A DNA stretch of 64,000 bases, taken from the NCBI GenBank assembly GCA_040954595.2, contig CM082593.2:10987477-11051476 (forward strand). Direction: 5' to 3'. A program made the position numbers and the translations under genes. The notes under the pieces are model-generated. The model saw nothing but the letters and a program-made list of their open reading frames with translations, ran no database searches and had not been told where the DNA came from. Source of the stretch: Balanoglossus misakiensis. Its lineage: Eukaryota > Animalia > Hemichordata. Shown here in pieces: positions 1-15,000 of the stretch (its first letter is position 1; each line of letters opens with the position of its first letter).

Positions 1-3000
1 AAATGACAAATTTTCGTCTTTGCTAAATCACAAAATTTCGTCGATTTAGAAAAAAATCATAGGTTCGTCGATTTTTAAAAAAAAAACATGGGTGAAAATC
101 ATCAATAAATGACAAATTTTTGACTTTGCAAAATCTCAAAATTTCGTCGATTTTTGAAAAAAAATCATGGGTAAAAATCATCAAAAATGACAAATTTTCG
201 TCTTTGCTAAATCTCAAAATTTCGTCGGTTTTTGAAAAATAATATGGGTGAAAATCATCAAAAAATGACAAATTTTCGACTTTGCAAAATCTCAAAATTT
301 CGTCGATTTTTGAATAAAAATCATGGGTGAAAATCATCAAAAAATGACACATTTTCGACTTTGCAAAATCTCAACATTTCGTTCATTTTTAAAAAAAATC
401 ATGGGTGAAAATCATCAAAAAATGACAAATTTTCGATTATGCAAAATCTCAAAATTTCGTCGATTTTGAAAAAAATCATGGGTTCGTCGATTTTAAAAAA
501 AAACATTGGTGAAAATCATCAAAATATGACAAATTTTCGACTTTGCAAAATCTCAAAATTTCGTCGATTTTTGAAAAAATCATGGGTGAAAATCATCAAA
601 AAATGACAAATTTTCAACTTTGCAAAATCTCAAAATTTCGTCGATTTTTGAAAAAAAATCATGGTGAAAATCATCAAAAAATGACAAAATTTTCGACTTT
701 GTAAAATCACAAAATTTCGTCGATTTTGAAAAAAATCATAGGTTCGTCGATTTTTAAAAAAAAAACATGGTTGAAAATCATCAAAAAATGACAAATTTTC
801 GACTTTGCAAAATCTCAAAATTTCGTCCATTTTTAAAAAAAAAACATGGGGGAAAATCATCAAAAAATGACAAATTTTCGACTTTGCAAAATCTCAAAAT
901 TTCGTCAATTTTGAATAAAAATCATGGGTGAAAATCATCAAAAAATGACAAATTTTCGACTTTGCAAAATCTCACAATTTCGTCGATTTTTGAAAAAAAA
1001 TCATGGGTGAAAATGCATCAAAAAATGAGAAATTTTCGACTTTGCAAAATCTCAAAATTTCGTCAATTTTGAAAAAAATCATTGGTGAAAATCATCAAAA
1101 AATGACAAATTTTCGACTTTGCAAAATCTCAAAATTTCGTCGATTTTTGAAAAAAATCATGGGTGAATAATCATCAAAAAAATGACAAATTTTCGACTTT
1201 GCAAAATCTCAAAATTTTGTTGATTTTTGAAAAAAATCATAGGTGAAAATCATCAAAAAATGACAAATTTTCGACTTTGCAAAATCTCAAAATTTCGTCG
1301 ATTTTTGAAGAAAATCATGGGTGAAAATCATCAAAAAATGACAAATTTTCGACTTTGCAAAATCTCAAAATTTTTTCGATTGTTGAAAAAAATCATCGGT
1401 GAAAATCATCAAAAAATGACAAATTTTCGACTTTGCAAAATCTCAAAATTTCGTCGATTTTTGAAAAAAATCATGGGTGAAAATCATCAAAAAAATGACA
1501 AATTTTCGACGTTGCAAAATCTCAAAATTTTGTTGATTTTTGAAAAAAATCATAGGTGAAAATCATCAAAAAATGACAAATTTTCGACTTTGCAAAATCT
1601 CAAAATTTTTTCGATTTTTGAAAAATATCATGGGTGAAAATCATCAAAAAATGACAAATTTTGAAAAAAAAACGGGTGAAAATGATCAAAAAATGACACA
1701 TTTACGACTTTGCAAAATCTCAAAATTTCGTCGATTTTTGAAAAAAAATCATGGGTGAAAATCATCAAAAAATGAAAATTTTTCGTCTTTGCAAAATCTC
1801 AAAATTTCGTCCATTTTTGAAAAAAAAATCATGGGTAAAAATCATCAAAAATGACAAATTTTCGTCTTTGCAAAATCTCAAAATTTCGTCCATTTTTAAA
1901 AAAAAATCATGGGGGAAAATCATCAAAAAATGACAAATTTTCGATTTTGCAAAATCTCAAAATTTCGTCGATTTTTGAAAAAAAACGGGTGAAAATCATC
2001 AAAAAATGACACATTTCCGTCGACTTTGCAAAATCTCAAAATTTCGTCGATTTTTGAAAAAAATCATGGGGGAAAATCATGAAAAAATGACAAATTTTCC
2101 TCTTTGCAAAATCTCAAAATTTCGTCGATTTTTAAAAAAAGACATGGGTGAAAATCATCAAAAAATAACAAATTTTCGACTTTGCAAAATCTCAAAATTT
2201 CGTCCATTTTTGAAAAAAAATCATGGGTAAAAATCATCAAAAAATGACAAATTTTGAAAAGAAAACGGGTGAAAATCATCAAAAAATGACACATTTTCGA
2301 CTTTGCAAAATCTCAAAATTTCGTCGATTTTTGAAAAAAAATCATGGGTGAAAATCATCAAAAAATGACAAATATTCGTCTTTGCAAAATCTCAAAATTT
2401 CGTCCATTTCTGAAACAAAATTATGGGTAAAAATCATCAAAAATGACAAATTTTCATCTTTGCAAAATCTCAAAATTTCGTCGAGTTTTGAAAAAAATCA
2501 TGGGGGAAAATCATGAAAAAATGACAAATTTTCCTCTTTGCAAAATCTCAAAATTTCGTCGATTTTTAAAAAAAGACATGGGTGAAAATCATCAAAAAAT
2601 AACAAATTTTCGACTTTGCAAAATCTCAAAATTTCGTCCATTTTTGAAAAAAAATCATGGGTAAAAATCATCAAAAAATGACAAATTTTGAAAAAAAAAC
2701 GGGTGAAAATCATCAAAAAATGACACATTTTCGACTTTGCAAAATCTCAAAATTTCGTCGATTTTTGAAAAAAAATCATGGGTGAAAATTATCAAAAAAT
2801 GACACATTTTCGATTATGCAAAATCTCAAAATTTCGTCGATTTTTGAATAAAAATCATGGGTGAAAATCATCAAAAAATGACAAATTTTCGACTTTGAAA
2901 AATCTAAAAATTTCGTCGATTTTTGAAAAAAAATCATGGTTAAAAATCATCAAAAAATGACAAATTTTCGACTTTGCAAAATCTCAAAATTTCGTCATTT

Positions 3001-6000
3001 TTTGAAAAAATCATGGGTAAAAATCATCAAAAAATGACAAATTTTCGTCTTTGCTAAATCACAAAATTTCGTCGATTTAGAAAAAAATCATAGGTTCGTC
3101 GATTTTTTAAAAAAAAACATGGGTGAAAATCATCAATAAATGACAAATTTTTGACTTTGCAAAATCTCAAAATTTCGTCGATTTTTGAAAAAAAATCATG
3201 GGTAAAAATCATCAAAAATGACAAATTTTCGTCTTTGCTAAATCTCAAAATTTCGTCGGTTTTTGAAAAATAATATGGGTGAAAATCATCAAAAAATGAC
3301 AAATTTTCGACTTTGCAAAATCTCAAAATTTCGTCGATTTTTGAATAAAAATCATGGGTGAAAATCATCAAAAAATGACACATTTTCGACTTTGCAAAAT
3401 CTCAACATTTCGTTCATTTTTAAAAAAAATCATGGGTGAAAATCATCAAAAAATGACAAATTTTCGATTATGCAAAATCTCAAAATTTCGTCGATTTTGA
3501 AAAAAATCATGGGTTCGTCGATTTTAAAAAAAAACATTGGTGAAAATCATCAAAATATGACAAATTTTCGACTTTGCAAAATCTCAAAATTTCGTCGATT
3601 TTTGAAAAAATCATGGGTGAAAATCATCAAAAAATGACAAATTTTCAACTTTGCAAAATCTCAAAATTTCGTCGATTTTTGAAAAAAAATCATGGTGAAA
3701 ATCATCAAAAAATGACAAAATTTTCGACTTTGTAAAATCACAAAATTTCGTCGATTTTGAAAAAAATCATAGGTTCGTCGATTTTTAAAAAAAAAACATG
3801 GTTGAAAATCATCAAAAAATGACAAATTTTCGTCTTTGCAAAATCTCAAAATTTCGTCCATTTTAAAAAAAAAAACATGGGGCAAAATCATCAAAAAATG
3901 ACAAATTTTCGACTTTGCAAAATCTCAAAATTTCGTCGATTTTTGAAAAAAATCATGGGTGAATAATCATCAAAAAAATGACAAATTTTCGACTTTGCAA
4001 AATCTCAAAATTTTGTTGATTTTTGAAAAAAATCATAGGTGAAAATCATCAAAAAATGACAAATTTTCGACTTTGCAAAATCTCAAAATTTCGTCGATTT
4101 TTGAAGAAAATCATGGGTGAAAATCATCAAAAAATGACAAATTTTCGACTTTGCAAAATCTCAAAATTTTTTCGATTGTTGAAAAAAATCATCGGTGAAA
4201 ATCATCAAAAAATGACAAATTTTCGACTTTGCAAAATCTCAAAATTTCGTCGATTTTTGAAAAAAATCATGGGTGAAAATCATCAAAAAAATGACAAATT
4301 TTCGACGTTGCAAAATCTCAAAATTTTGTTGATTTTTGAAAAAAATCATAGGTGAAAATCATCAAAAAATGACAAATTTTCGACTTTGCAAAATCTCAAA
4401 ATTTTTTCGATTTTTGAAAAATATCATGGGTGAAAATCATCAAAAAATGACAAATTTTGAAAAAAAAACGGGTGAAAATGATCAAAAAATGACACATTTA
4501 CGACTTTGCAAAATCTCAAAATTTCGTCGATTTTTGAAAAAAAATCATGGGTGAAAATCATCAAAAAATGAAAATTTTTCGTCTTTGCAAAATCTCAAAA
4601 TTTCGTCCATTTTTGAAAAAAAAATCATGGGTAAAAATCATCAAAAATGACAAATTTTCGTCTTTGCAAAATCTCAAAATTTCGTCCATTTTTAAAAAAA
4701 AATCATGGGGGAAAATCATCAAAAAATGACAAATTTTCGATTTTGCAAAATCTCAAAATTTCGTCGATTTTTGAAAAAAAACGGGTGAAAATCATCAAAA
4801 AATGACACATTTCCGTCGACTTTGCAAAATCTCAAAATTTCGTCGATTTTTGAAAAAAATCATGGGGGAAAATCATGAAAAAATGACAAATTTTCCTCTT
4901 TGCAAAATCTCAAAATTTCGTCGATTTTTAAAAAAAGACATGGGTGAAAATCATCAAAAAATAACAAATTTTCGACTTTGCAAAATCTCAAAATTTCGTC
5001 CATTTTTGAAAAAAAATCATGGGTAAAAATCATCAAAAAATGACAAATTTTGAAAAGAAAACGGGTGAAAATCATCAAAAAATGACACATTTTCGACTTT
5101 GCAAAATCTCAAAATTTCGTCGATTTTTGAAAAAAAATAATGGTTGAAAATCATCAAAAAATAACAAATTTTCGACTTTGCAAAATCTCAAAATTTCGTC
5201 CATTTTTGAAAAAAAATCATGGGTAAAAATCATCAAAAAATGACAAATTTTGAAAAAAAAACGGGTGAAAATCATCAAAAAATGACACATTTTCGACTTT
5301 GCAAAATCTCAAAATTTCGTCGATTTTTGAAAAAAAATCATGGGTGAAAATTATCAAAAAATGACACATTTTCGATTATGCAAAATCTCAAAATTTCGTC
5401 GATTTTTGAATAAAAATCATGGGTGAAAATCATCAAAAAATGACAAATTTTCGACTTTGAAAAATCTAAAAATTTCGTCGATTTTTGAAAAAAAATCATG
5501 GTTAAAAATCATCAAAAAATGACAAATTTTCGACTTTGCAAAATCTCAAAATTTCGTCATTTTTTGAAAAAATCATGGGTAAAAATCATCAAAAAATGAC
5601 AAATTTTCGTCTTTGCTAAATCACAAAATTTCGTCGATTTAGAAAAAAATCATAGGTTCGTCGATTTTTTAAAAAAAAACATGGGTGAAAATCATCAATA
5701 AATGACAAATTTTTGACTTTGCAAAATCTCAAAATTTCGTCGATTTTTGAAAAAAAATCATGGGTAAAAATCATCAAAAATGACAAATTTTCGTCTTTGC
5801 TAAATCTCAAAATTTCGTCGGTTTTTGAAAAATAATATGGGTGAAAATCATCAAAAAATGACAAATTTTCGACTTTGCAAAATCTCAAAATTTCGTCGAT
5901 TTTTGAATAAAAATCATGGGTGAAAATCATCAAAAAATGACACATTTTCGACTTTGCAAAATCTCAACATTTCGTTCATTTTTAAAAAAAATCATGGGTG

Positions 6001-9000
6001 AAAATCATCAAAAAATGACAAATTTTCGATTATGCAAAATCTCAAAATTTCGTCGATTTTGAAAAAAATCATGGGTTCGTCGATTTTAAAAAAAAACATT
6101 GGTGAAAATCATCAAAATATGACAAATTTTCGACTTTGCAAAATCTCAAAATTTCGTCGATTTTTGAAAAAATCATGGGTGAAAATCATCAAAAAATGAC
6201 AAATTTTCAACTTTGCAAAATCTCAAAATTTCGTCGATTTTTGAAAAAAAATCATGGTGAAAATCATCAAAAAATGACAAAATTTTCGACTTTGTAAAAT
6301 CACAAAATTTCGTCGATTTTGAAAAAAATCATAGGTTCGTCGATTTTTAAAAAAAAAACATGGTTGAAAATCATCAAAAAATGACAAATTTTCGTCTTTG
6401 CAAAATCTCAAAATTTCGTCCATTTTAAAAAAAAAAACATGGGGCAAAATCATCAAAAAATGACAAATTTTCGACTTTGCAAAATCTCAAAATTTCGTCG
6501 ATTTTTGAAAAAAATCATGGGTGAATAATCATCAAAAAAATGACAAATTTTCGACTTTGCAAAATCTCAAAATTTTGTTGATTTTTGAAAAAAATCATAG
6601 GTGAAAATCATCAAAAAATGACAAATTTTCGACTTTGCAAAATCTCAAAATTTCGTCGATTTTTGAAGAAAATCATGGGTGAAAATCATCAAAAAATGAC
6701 AAATTTTCGACTTTGCAAAATCTCAAAATTTTTTCGATTGTTGAAAAAAATCATCGGTGAAAATCATCAAAAAATGACAAATTTTCGACTTTGCAAAATC
6801 TCAAAATTTCGTCGATTTTTGAAAAAAATCATGGGTGAAAATCATCAAAAAAATGACAAATTTTCGACGTTGCAAAATCTCAAAATTTTGTTGATTTTTG
6901 AAAAAAATCATAGGTGAAAATCATCAAAAAATGACAAATTTTCGACTTTGCAAAATCTCAAAATTTTTTCGATTTTTGAAAAATATCATGGGTGAAAATC
7001 ATCAAAAAATGACAAATTTTGAAAAAAAAACGGGTGAAAATGATCAAAAAATGACACATTTACGACTTTGCAAAATCTCAAAATTTCGTCGATTTTTGAA
7101 AAAAAATCATGGGTGAAAATCATCAAAAAATGAAAATTTTTCGTCTTTGCAAAATCTCAAAATTTCGTCCATTTTTGAAAAAAAAATCATGGGTAAAAAT
7201 CATCAAAAATGACAAATTTTCGTCTTTGCAAAATCTCAAAATTTCGTCCATTTTTAAAAAAAAATCATGGGGGAAAATCATCAAAAAATGACAAATTTTC
7301 GATTTTGCAAAATCTCAAAATTTCGTCGATTTTTGAAAAAAACGGGTGAAAATCATCAAAAAATGACACATTTCCGTCGACTTTGCAAAATCTCAAAATT
7401 TCGTCGATTTTTGAAAAAAATCATGGGGGAAAATCATGAAAAAATGACAAATTTTCCTCTTTGCAAAATCTCAAAATTTCGTCGATTTTTAAAAAAAGAC
7501 ATGGGTGAAAATCATCAAAAAATAACAAATTTTCGACTTTGCAAAATCTCAAAATTTCGTCCATTTTTGAAAAAAAATCATGGGTAAAAATCATCAAAAA
7601 ATGACAAATTTTGAAAAGAAAACGGGTGAAAATCATCAAAAAATGACACATTTTCGACTTTGCAAAATCTCAAAATTTCGTCGATTTTTGAAAAAAAATC
7701 ATGGGTGAAAATCATCAAAAAATGACAAATATTCGTCTTTGCAAAATCTCAAAATTTCGTCCATTTCTGAAACAAAATTATGGGTAAAAATCATCAAAAA
7801 TGACAAATTTTCATCTTTGCAAAATCTCAAAATTTCGTCGAGTTTTGAAAAAAATCATGGGGGAAAATCATGAAAAAATGACAAATTTTCCTCTTTGCAA
7901 AATCTCAAAATTTCGTCGATTTTTAAAAAAAGACATGGGTGAAAATCATCAAAAAATAACAAATTTTCGACTTTGCAAAATCTCAAAATTTCGTCCATTT
8001 TTGAAAAAAAATCATGGGTAAAAATCATCAAAAAATGACAAATTTTGAAAAAAAAACGGGTGAAAATCATCAAAAAATGACACATTTTCGACTTTGCAAA
8101 ATCTCAAAATTTCGTCGATTTTTGAAAAAAAATCATGGGTGAAAATTATCAAAAAATGACACATTTTCGATTATGCAAAATCTCAAAATTTCGTCGATTT
8201 TTGAATAAAAATCATGGGTGAAAATCATCAAAAAATGACAAATTTTCGACTTTGAAAAATCTAAAAATTTCGTCGATTTTTGAAAAAAAATCATGGTTAA
8301 AAATCATCAAAAAATGACAAATTTTCGACTTTGCAAAATCTCAAAATTTCGTCATTTTTTGAAAAAATCATGGGTAAAAATCATCAAAAAATGACAAATT
8401 TTCGTCTTTGCTAAATCACAAAATTTCGTCGATTTAGAAAAAAATCATAGGTTCGTCGATTTTTTAAAAAAAAACATGGGTGAAAATCATCAATAAATGA
8501 CAAATTTTTGACTTTGCAAAATCTCAAAATTTCGTCGATTTTTGAAAAAAAATCATGGGTAAAAATCATCAAAAATGACAAATTTTCGTCTTTGCTAAAT
8601 CTCAAAATTTCGTCGGTTTTTGAAAAATAATATGGGTGAAAATCATCAAAAAATGACAAATTTTCGACTTTGCAAAATCTCAAAATTTCGTCGATTTTTG
8701 AATAAAAATCATGGGTGAAAATCATCAAAAAATGACACATTTTCGACTTTGCAAAATCTCAACATTTCGTTCATTTTTAAAAAAAATCATGGGTGAAAAT
8801 CATCAAAAAATGACAAATTTTCGATTATGCAAAATCTCAAAATTTCGTCGATTTTGAAAAAAATCATGGGTTCGTCGATTTTAAAAAAAAACATTGGTGA
8901 AAATCATCAAAATATGACAAATTTTCGACTTTGCAAAATCTCAAAATTTCGTCGATTTTTGAAAAAATCATGGGTGAAAATCATCAAAAAATGACACATT

Positions 9001-12000
9001 TTCGACTTTGCAAAATCTCAACATTTCGTTCATTTTTAAAAAAAATCATGGGTGAAAATCATCAAAAAATGACAAATTTTCGATTATGCAAAATCTCAAA
9101 ATTTCGTCGATTTTGAAAAAAATCATGGGTTCGTCGATTTTAAAAAAAAACATTGGTGAAAATCATCAAAATATGACAAATTTTCGACTTTGCAAAATCT
9201 CAAAATTTCGTCGATTTTTGAAAAAATCATGGGTGAAAATCATCAAAAAATGACAAATTTTCAACTTTGCAAAATCTCAAAATTTCGTCGATTTTTGAAA
9301 AAAAATCATGGTGAAAATCATCAAAAAATGACAAAATTTTCGACTTTGTAAAATCACAAAATTTCGTCGATTTTGAAAAAAATCATAGGTTCGTCGATTT
9401 TTAAAAAAAAAACATGGTTGAAAATCATCAAAAAATGACAAATTTTCGTCTTTGCAAAATCTCAAAATTTCGTCCATTTTAAAAAAAAAAACATGGGGCA
9501 AAATCATCAAAAAATGACAAATTTTCGACTTTGCAAAATCTCAAAATTTCGTCCATTTTTAAAAAAAAATCATGGGGGAAAATCATCAAAAAATGACAAA
9601 TTTTCGATTTTGCAAAATCTCAAAATTTCGTCGATTTTTGAAAAAAAACGGGTGAAAATCATCAAAAAATGACACATTTCCGTCGACTTTGCAAAATCTC
9701 AAAATTTCGTCGATTTTTGAAAAAAATCATGGGGGAAAATCATGAAAAAATGACAAATTTTCCTCTTTGCAAAATCTCAAAATTTCGTCGATTTTTAAAA
9801 AAAGACATGGGTGAAAATCATCAAAAAATAACAAATTTTCGACTTTGCAAAATCTCAAAATTTCGTCCATTTTTGAAAAAAAATCATGGGTAAAAATCAT
9901 CAAAAAATGACAAATTTTGAAAAGAAAACGGGTGAAAATCATCAAAAAATGACACATTTTCGACTTTGCAAAATCTCAAAATTTCGTCGATTTTTGAAAA
10001 AAAATCATGGGTGAAAATCATCAAAAAATGACAAATATTCGTCTTTGCAAAATCTCAAAATTTCGTCCATTTCTGAAACAAAATTATGGGTAAAAATCAT
10101 CAAAAATGACAAATTTTCATCTTTGCAAAATCTCAAAATTTCGTCGAGTTTTGAAAAAAATCATGGGGGAAAATCATGAAAAAATGACAAATTTTCCTCT
10201 TTGCAAAATCTCAAAATTTCGTCGATTTTTAAAAAAAGACATGGGTGAAAATCATCAAAAAATAACAAATTTTCGACTTTGCAAAATCTCAAAATTTCGT
10301 CCATTTTTGAAAAAAAATCATGGGTAAAAATCATCAAAAAATGACAAATTTTGAAAAAAAAACGGGTGAAAATCATCAAAAAATGACACATTTTCGACTT
10401 TGCAAAATCTCAAAATTTCGTCGATTTTTGAAAAAAAATCATGGGTGAAAATTATCAAAAAATGACACATTTTCGATTATGCAAAATCTCAAAATTTCGT
10501 CGATTTTTGAATAAAAATCATGGGTGAAAATCATCAAAAAATGACAAATTTTCGACTTTGAAAAATCTAAAAATTTCGTCGATTTTTGAAAAAAAATCAT
10601 GGTTAAAAATCATCAAAAAATGACAAATTTTCGACTTTGCAAAATCTCAAAATTTCGTCATTTTTTGAAAAAATCATGGGTAAAAATCATCAAAAAATGA
10701 CAAATTTTCGTCTTTGCTAAATCACAAAATTTCGTCGATTTAGAAAAAAATCATAGGTTCGTCGATTTTTTAAAAAAAAACATGGGTGAAAATCATCAAT
10801 AAATGACAAATTTTTGACTTTGCAAAATCTCAAAATTTCGTCGATTTTTGAAAAAAAATCATGGGTAAAAATCATCAAAAATGACAAATTTTCGTCTTTG
10901 CTAAATCTCAAAATTTCGTCGGTTTTTGAAAAATAATATGGGTGAAAATCATCAAAAAATGACAAATTTTCGACTTTGCAAAATCTCAAAATTTCGTCGA
11001 TTTTTGAATAAAAATCATGGGTGAAAATCATCAAAAAATGACACATTTTCGACTTTGCAAAATCTCAACATTTCGTTCATTTTTAAAAAAAATCATGGGT
11101 GAAAATCATCAAAAAATGACAAATTTTCGATTATGCAAAATCTCAAAATTTCGTCGATTTTGAAAAAAATCATGGGTTCGTCGATTTTAAAAAAAAACAT
11201 TGGTGAAAATCATCAAAATATGACAAATTTTCGACTTTGCAAAATCTCAAAATTTCGTCGATTTTTGAAAAAATCATGGGTGAAAATCATCAAAAAATGA
11301 CACATTTTCGACTTTGCAAAATCTCAACATTTCGTTCATTTTTAAAAAAAATCATGGGTGAAAATCATCAAAAAATGACAAATTTTCGATTATGCAAAAT
11401 CTCAAAATTTCGTCGATTTTGAAAAAAATCATGGGTTCGTCGATTTTAAAAAAAAACATTGGTGAAAATCATCAAAATATGACAAATTTTCGACTTTGCA
11501 AAATCTCAAAATTTCGTCGATTTTTGAAAAAATCATGGGTGAAAATCATCAAAAAATGACAAATTTTCAACTTTGCAAAATCTCAAAATTTCGTCGATTT
11601 TTGAAAAAAAATCATGGTGAAAATCATCAAAAAATGACAAAATTTTCGACTTTGTAAAATCACAAAATTTCGTCGATTTTGAAAAAAATCATAGGTTCGT
11701 CGATTTTTAAAAAAAAAACATGGTTGAAAATCATCAAAAAATGACAAATTTTCGTCTTTGCAAAATCTCAAAATTTCGTCCATTTTAAAAAAAAAAACAT
11801 GGGGCAAAATCATCAAAAAATGACAAATTTTCGACTTTGCAAAATCTCAAAATTTCGTCGATTTTTGAAAAAAAAATCATGGGTGAAAATCATCAAAAAA
11901 TGACAAATTTTCGTCTTTGCAAAATCTCAAAATTTCGTCCATTTTTGAATAAAAATCATGGGTAAAAATCATCAAAAATGACAAATTTTCGTCTTTGCAA

Positions 12001-15000
12001 AATCTCAAATTTTCGTCGATTTTTGAAAAAAAATCATGGTTGAAAATCATCAAAAAATGACAAAATTTTCGACTTTGTAAAATCACAAAATTTCGTCGAT
12101 TTTTGAAAAAAAATCATGGGTAAAAATCATCAAAAAATGACACATTTTCGATTATGCAAAATCTCAAAATTTCGTCGATTTTTGAAAAAAAATCATGGGT
12201 GAAAATCATGAAAAAATGACACATTTTCGACTTTGAAAAATCTAAAAATTTCGTCGATTTTTGAAAAAAAATCATGGGTAAAAATCATCAAAAAATGACA
12301 AATTTTCGACTTTGCAAAATCTCAAAATTTCGTCATTTTTTGAAAAAATCATGGGTAAAAATCATCAAAAAATGACAAATTTTCGTCTTTGCTAAATCTC
12401 AAAATTTCGTCGGTTTTTGAAAAATAATATGGGTGAAAATCATCAAAAAATGACAAATTTTCGACCTTGCAAAATCTCAAAATTTCGTCGATTTTTGAAA
12501 AAAAATCATGGTTGAAAATCATCAAAAAATGACAAAATTTTCGACTTTGTAAAATCAAAAAATTTCGTCGATTTTGAAAAAAATCATAGGTTCGTCGATT
12601 TTTAAAAAAAAAACATGGGTGAAAATCATCAAAAAATGACAAATTTTCGACTTTGCAAAATCTCAAAATTTCGTCGATTTTTGAAAAAAAATCATGGGTG
12701 AAAATTATCAAAAAATGACACATTTTCGATTATGCAAAATCTCAAAATTTCGTCGATTTTTGAATAAAAATCATGGGTGAAAATCATCAAAAAATGACAA
12801 ATTTTCGACTTTGCAAAATCTCAAAATTTCGTCGATTTTTGAAAAAAAATCATGGTGAAAATCATCAAAAAATGACAAATTTTCGACTTTGCAAAATCTC
12901 AAAATTTCGTCGATTTTTGAAAAAAAATCATGGTGAAAATCATCAAAAAATGACTAATTTTCGTCTTTGCAAAATCTCAAAATTTCGTCCATTTTTGAAA
13001 AAAAATAATGGTTGAAAATCATCAAAAAATGACAAATTTTTGACTTTGCAAAATCTCAAAATTTCGTTCATTTTTAAAAAAAATCATGGGTGAAAATCAT
13101 CAAAAAATGACAAATTTTCGATTATGCAAAATCTCAAAATTTCGTCGATTTTGAAAAAAATCATGGGTTCGTCGATTTTTAAAAAAAAACATTGGTGAAA
13201 ATCATCAAAATATGACAAATTTTCGACTTTGCAAAATCTCAAAATTTCGTCGATTTTTGAAAAAATCATGGGTGAAAATCATCAAAAAATGACAAAATTT
13301 TCGACTTTGTAAAATCACAAAATTTCGTCGATTTTGAAAAAAATCATAGGTTCGTCGATTTTTAAAAAAAAAACATGGGTGAAAATCATCAAAAAATGAC
13401 AAATTTTCGACTTTGCAAAATCTCAAAATTTCGTCGATTTTTGAAAAAAAATCATGGGTAAAAATCATCAAAAAATGACACATTTTCGTCTTTGCTAAAT
13501 CTCAAAATTTCGTCGGTTTTTGAAAAATAATATGGGTGAAAATCATCAAAAAATGACAACTTTTCGACTTTGCAAAATCTCAAAATTTCGTCGATTTTTG
13601 AATAAAAATCATGGGTGAAAATCATCAAAAAATGACACATTTTCGACTTTGCAAAATCTCAACATTTCGTCGATTTTTGAAAAAAAATCATGGTGAAAAT
13701 CATCAAAAAATGACAAATTTTCGTCTTTGCAAAATCTCAAAATTTCGTCCATTTTTGAAAAAAAATAATGGTTGAAAATCATCAAAAAATGACAAATTTT
13801 TGACTTTGCAAAATCTCAAAATTTCGTTCATTTTTAAAAAAAATCATGGGTGAAAATCATCAAAAAATGACAAATTTTCGATTATGCAAAATCTCAAAAT
13901 TTCGTCGATTTTGAAAAAAATCATGGGTTCGTCGATTTTTAAAAAAAAACATTGGTGAAAATCATCAAAATATGACAAATTTTCGACTTTGCAAAATCTC
14001 AAAATTTCGTCGATTTTTGAAAAAATCATGGGTGAAAATCATCAAAAAATGACAAATTTTCAACTTTGCAAAATCTCAAAATTTCGTCGATTTTTGAAAA
14101 AAAATCATGGTGAAAATCATCAAAAAATGACAAAATTTTCGACTTTGTAAAATCACAAAATTTCGTCGATTTTGAAAAAAAATCATGGGTGAAAATCATC
14201 AAAAAATGACAAATTTTCGTCTTTGCAAAATCTCAAAATTTCGTCCATTTTAAAAAAAAAACATGGGGCAAAATCATCAAAAAATGACAAATTTTCGACT
14301 TTGCAAAATCTCAAAATTTCGTCGATTTTTGAAAAAAAAATCATGGGTGAAAATCATCAAAAAATGACAAATTTTCGTCTTTGCAAAATCTCAAAATTTC
14401 GTCCATTTTTGAATAAAAATCATGGGTAAAAATCATCAAAAATGACAAATTTTCGTCTTTGCAAAATCTCAAATTTTCGTCGATTTTTGAAAAAAAATCA
14501 TGGTTGAAAATCATCAAAAAATGACAAAATTTTCGACTTTGTAAAATCACAAAATTTCGTCGATTTTGAAAAAAATCATAGGTTCGTCGATTTAAAAAAA
14601 AAAAACATGGGTGAAAATCATCAAAAAATGACAAATTTTCGACTTTGCAAAATCTCAAAATTTCGTCGATTTTTGAAAAAAAATCATGGGTAAAAATCAT
14701 CAAAAAATGACACATTTTCGATTATGCAAAATCTCAAAATTTCGTCCATTTTTGAATAAAAATCATGGGTAAAAATCATCAAAAATGACAAATTTTCGTC
14801 TTTGCAAAATCTCAAATTTTCGTCGATTTTTGAAAAAAAATCATGGTTGAAAATCATCAAAAAATGACAAAATTTTCGACTTTGTAAAATCACAAAATTT
14901 CGTCGATTTTGAAAAAAATCATAGGTTCGTCGATTTTAAAAAAAAAAACATGGGTGAAAATCATCAAAAAATGACAAATTTTCGACTTTGCAAAATCTCA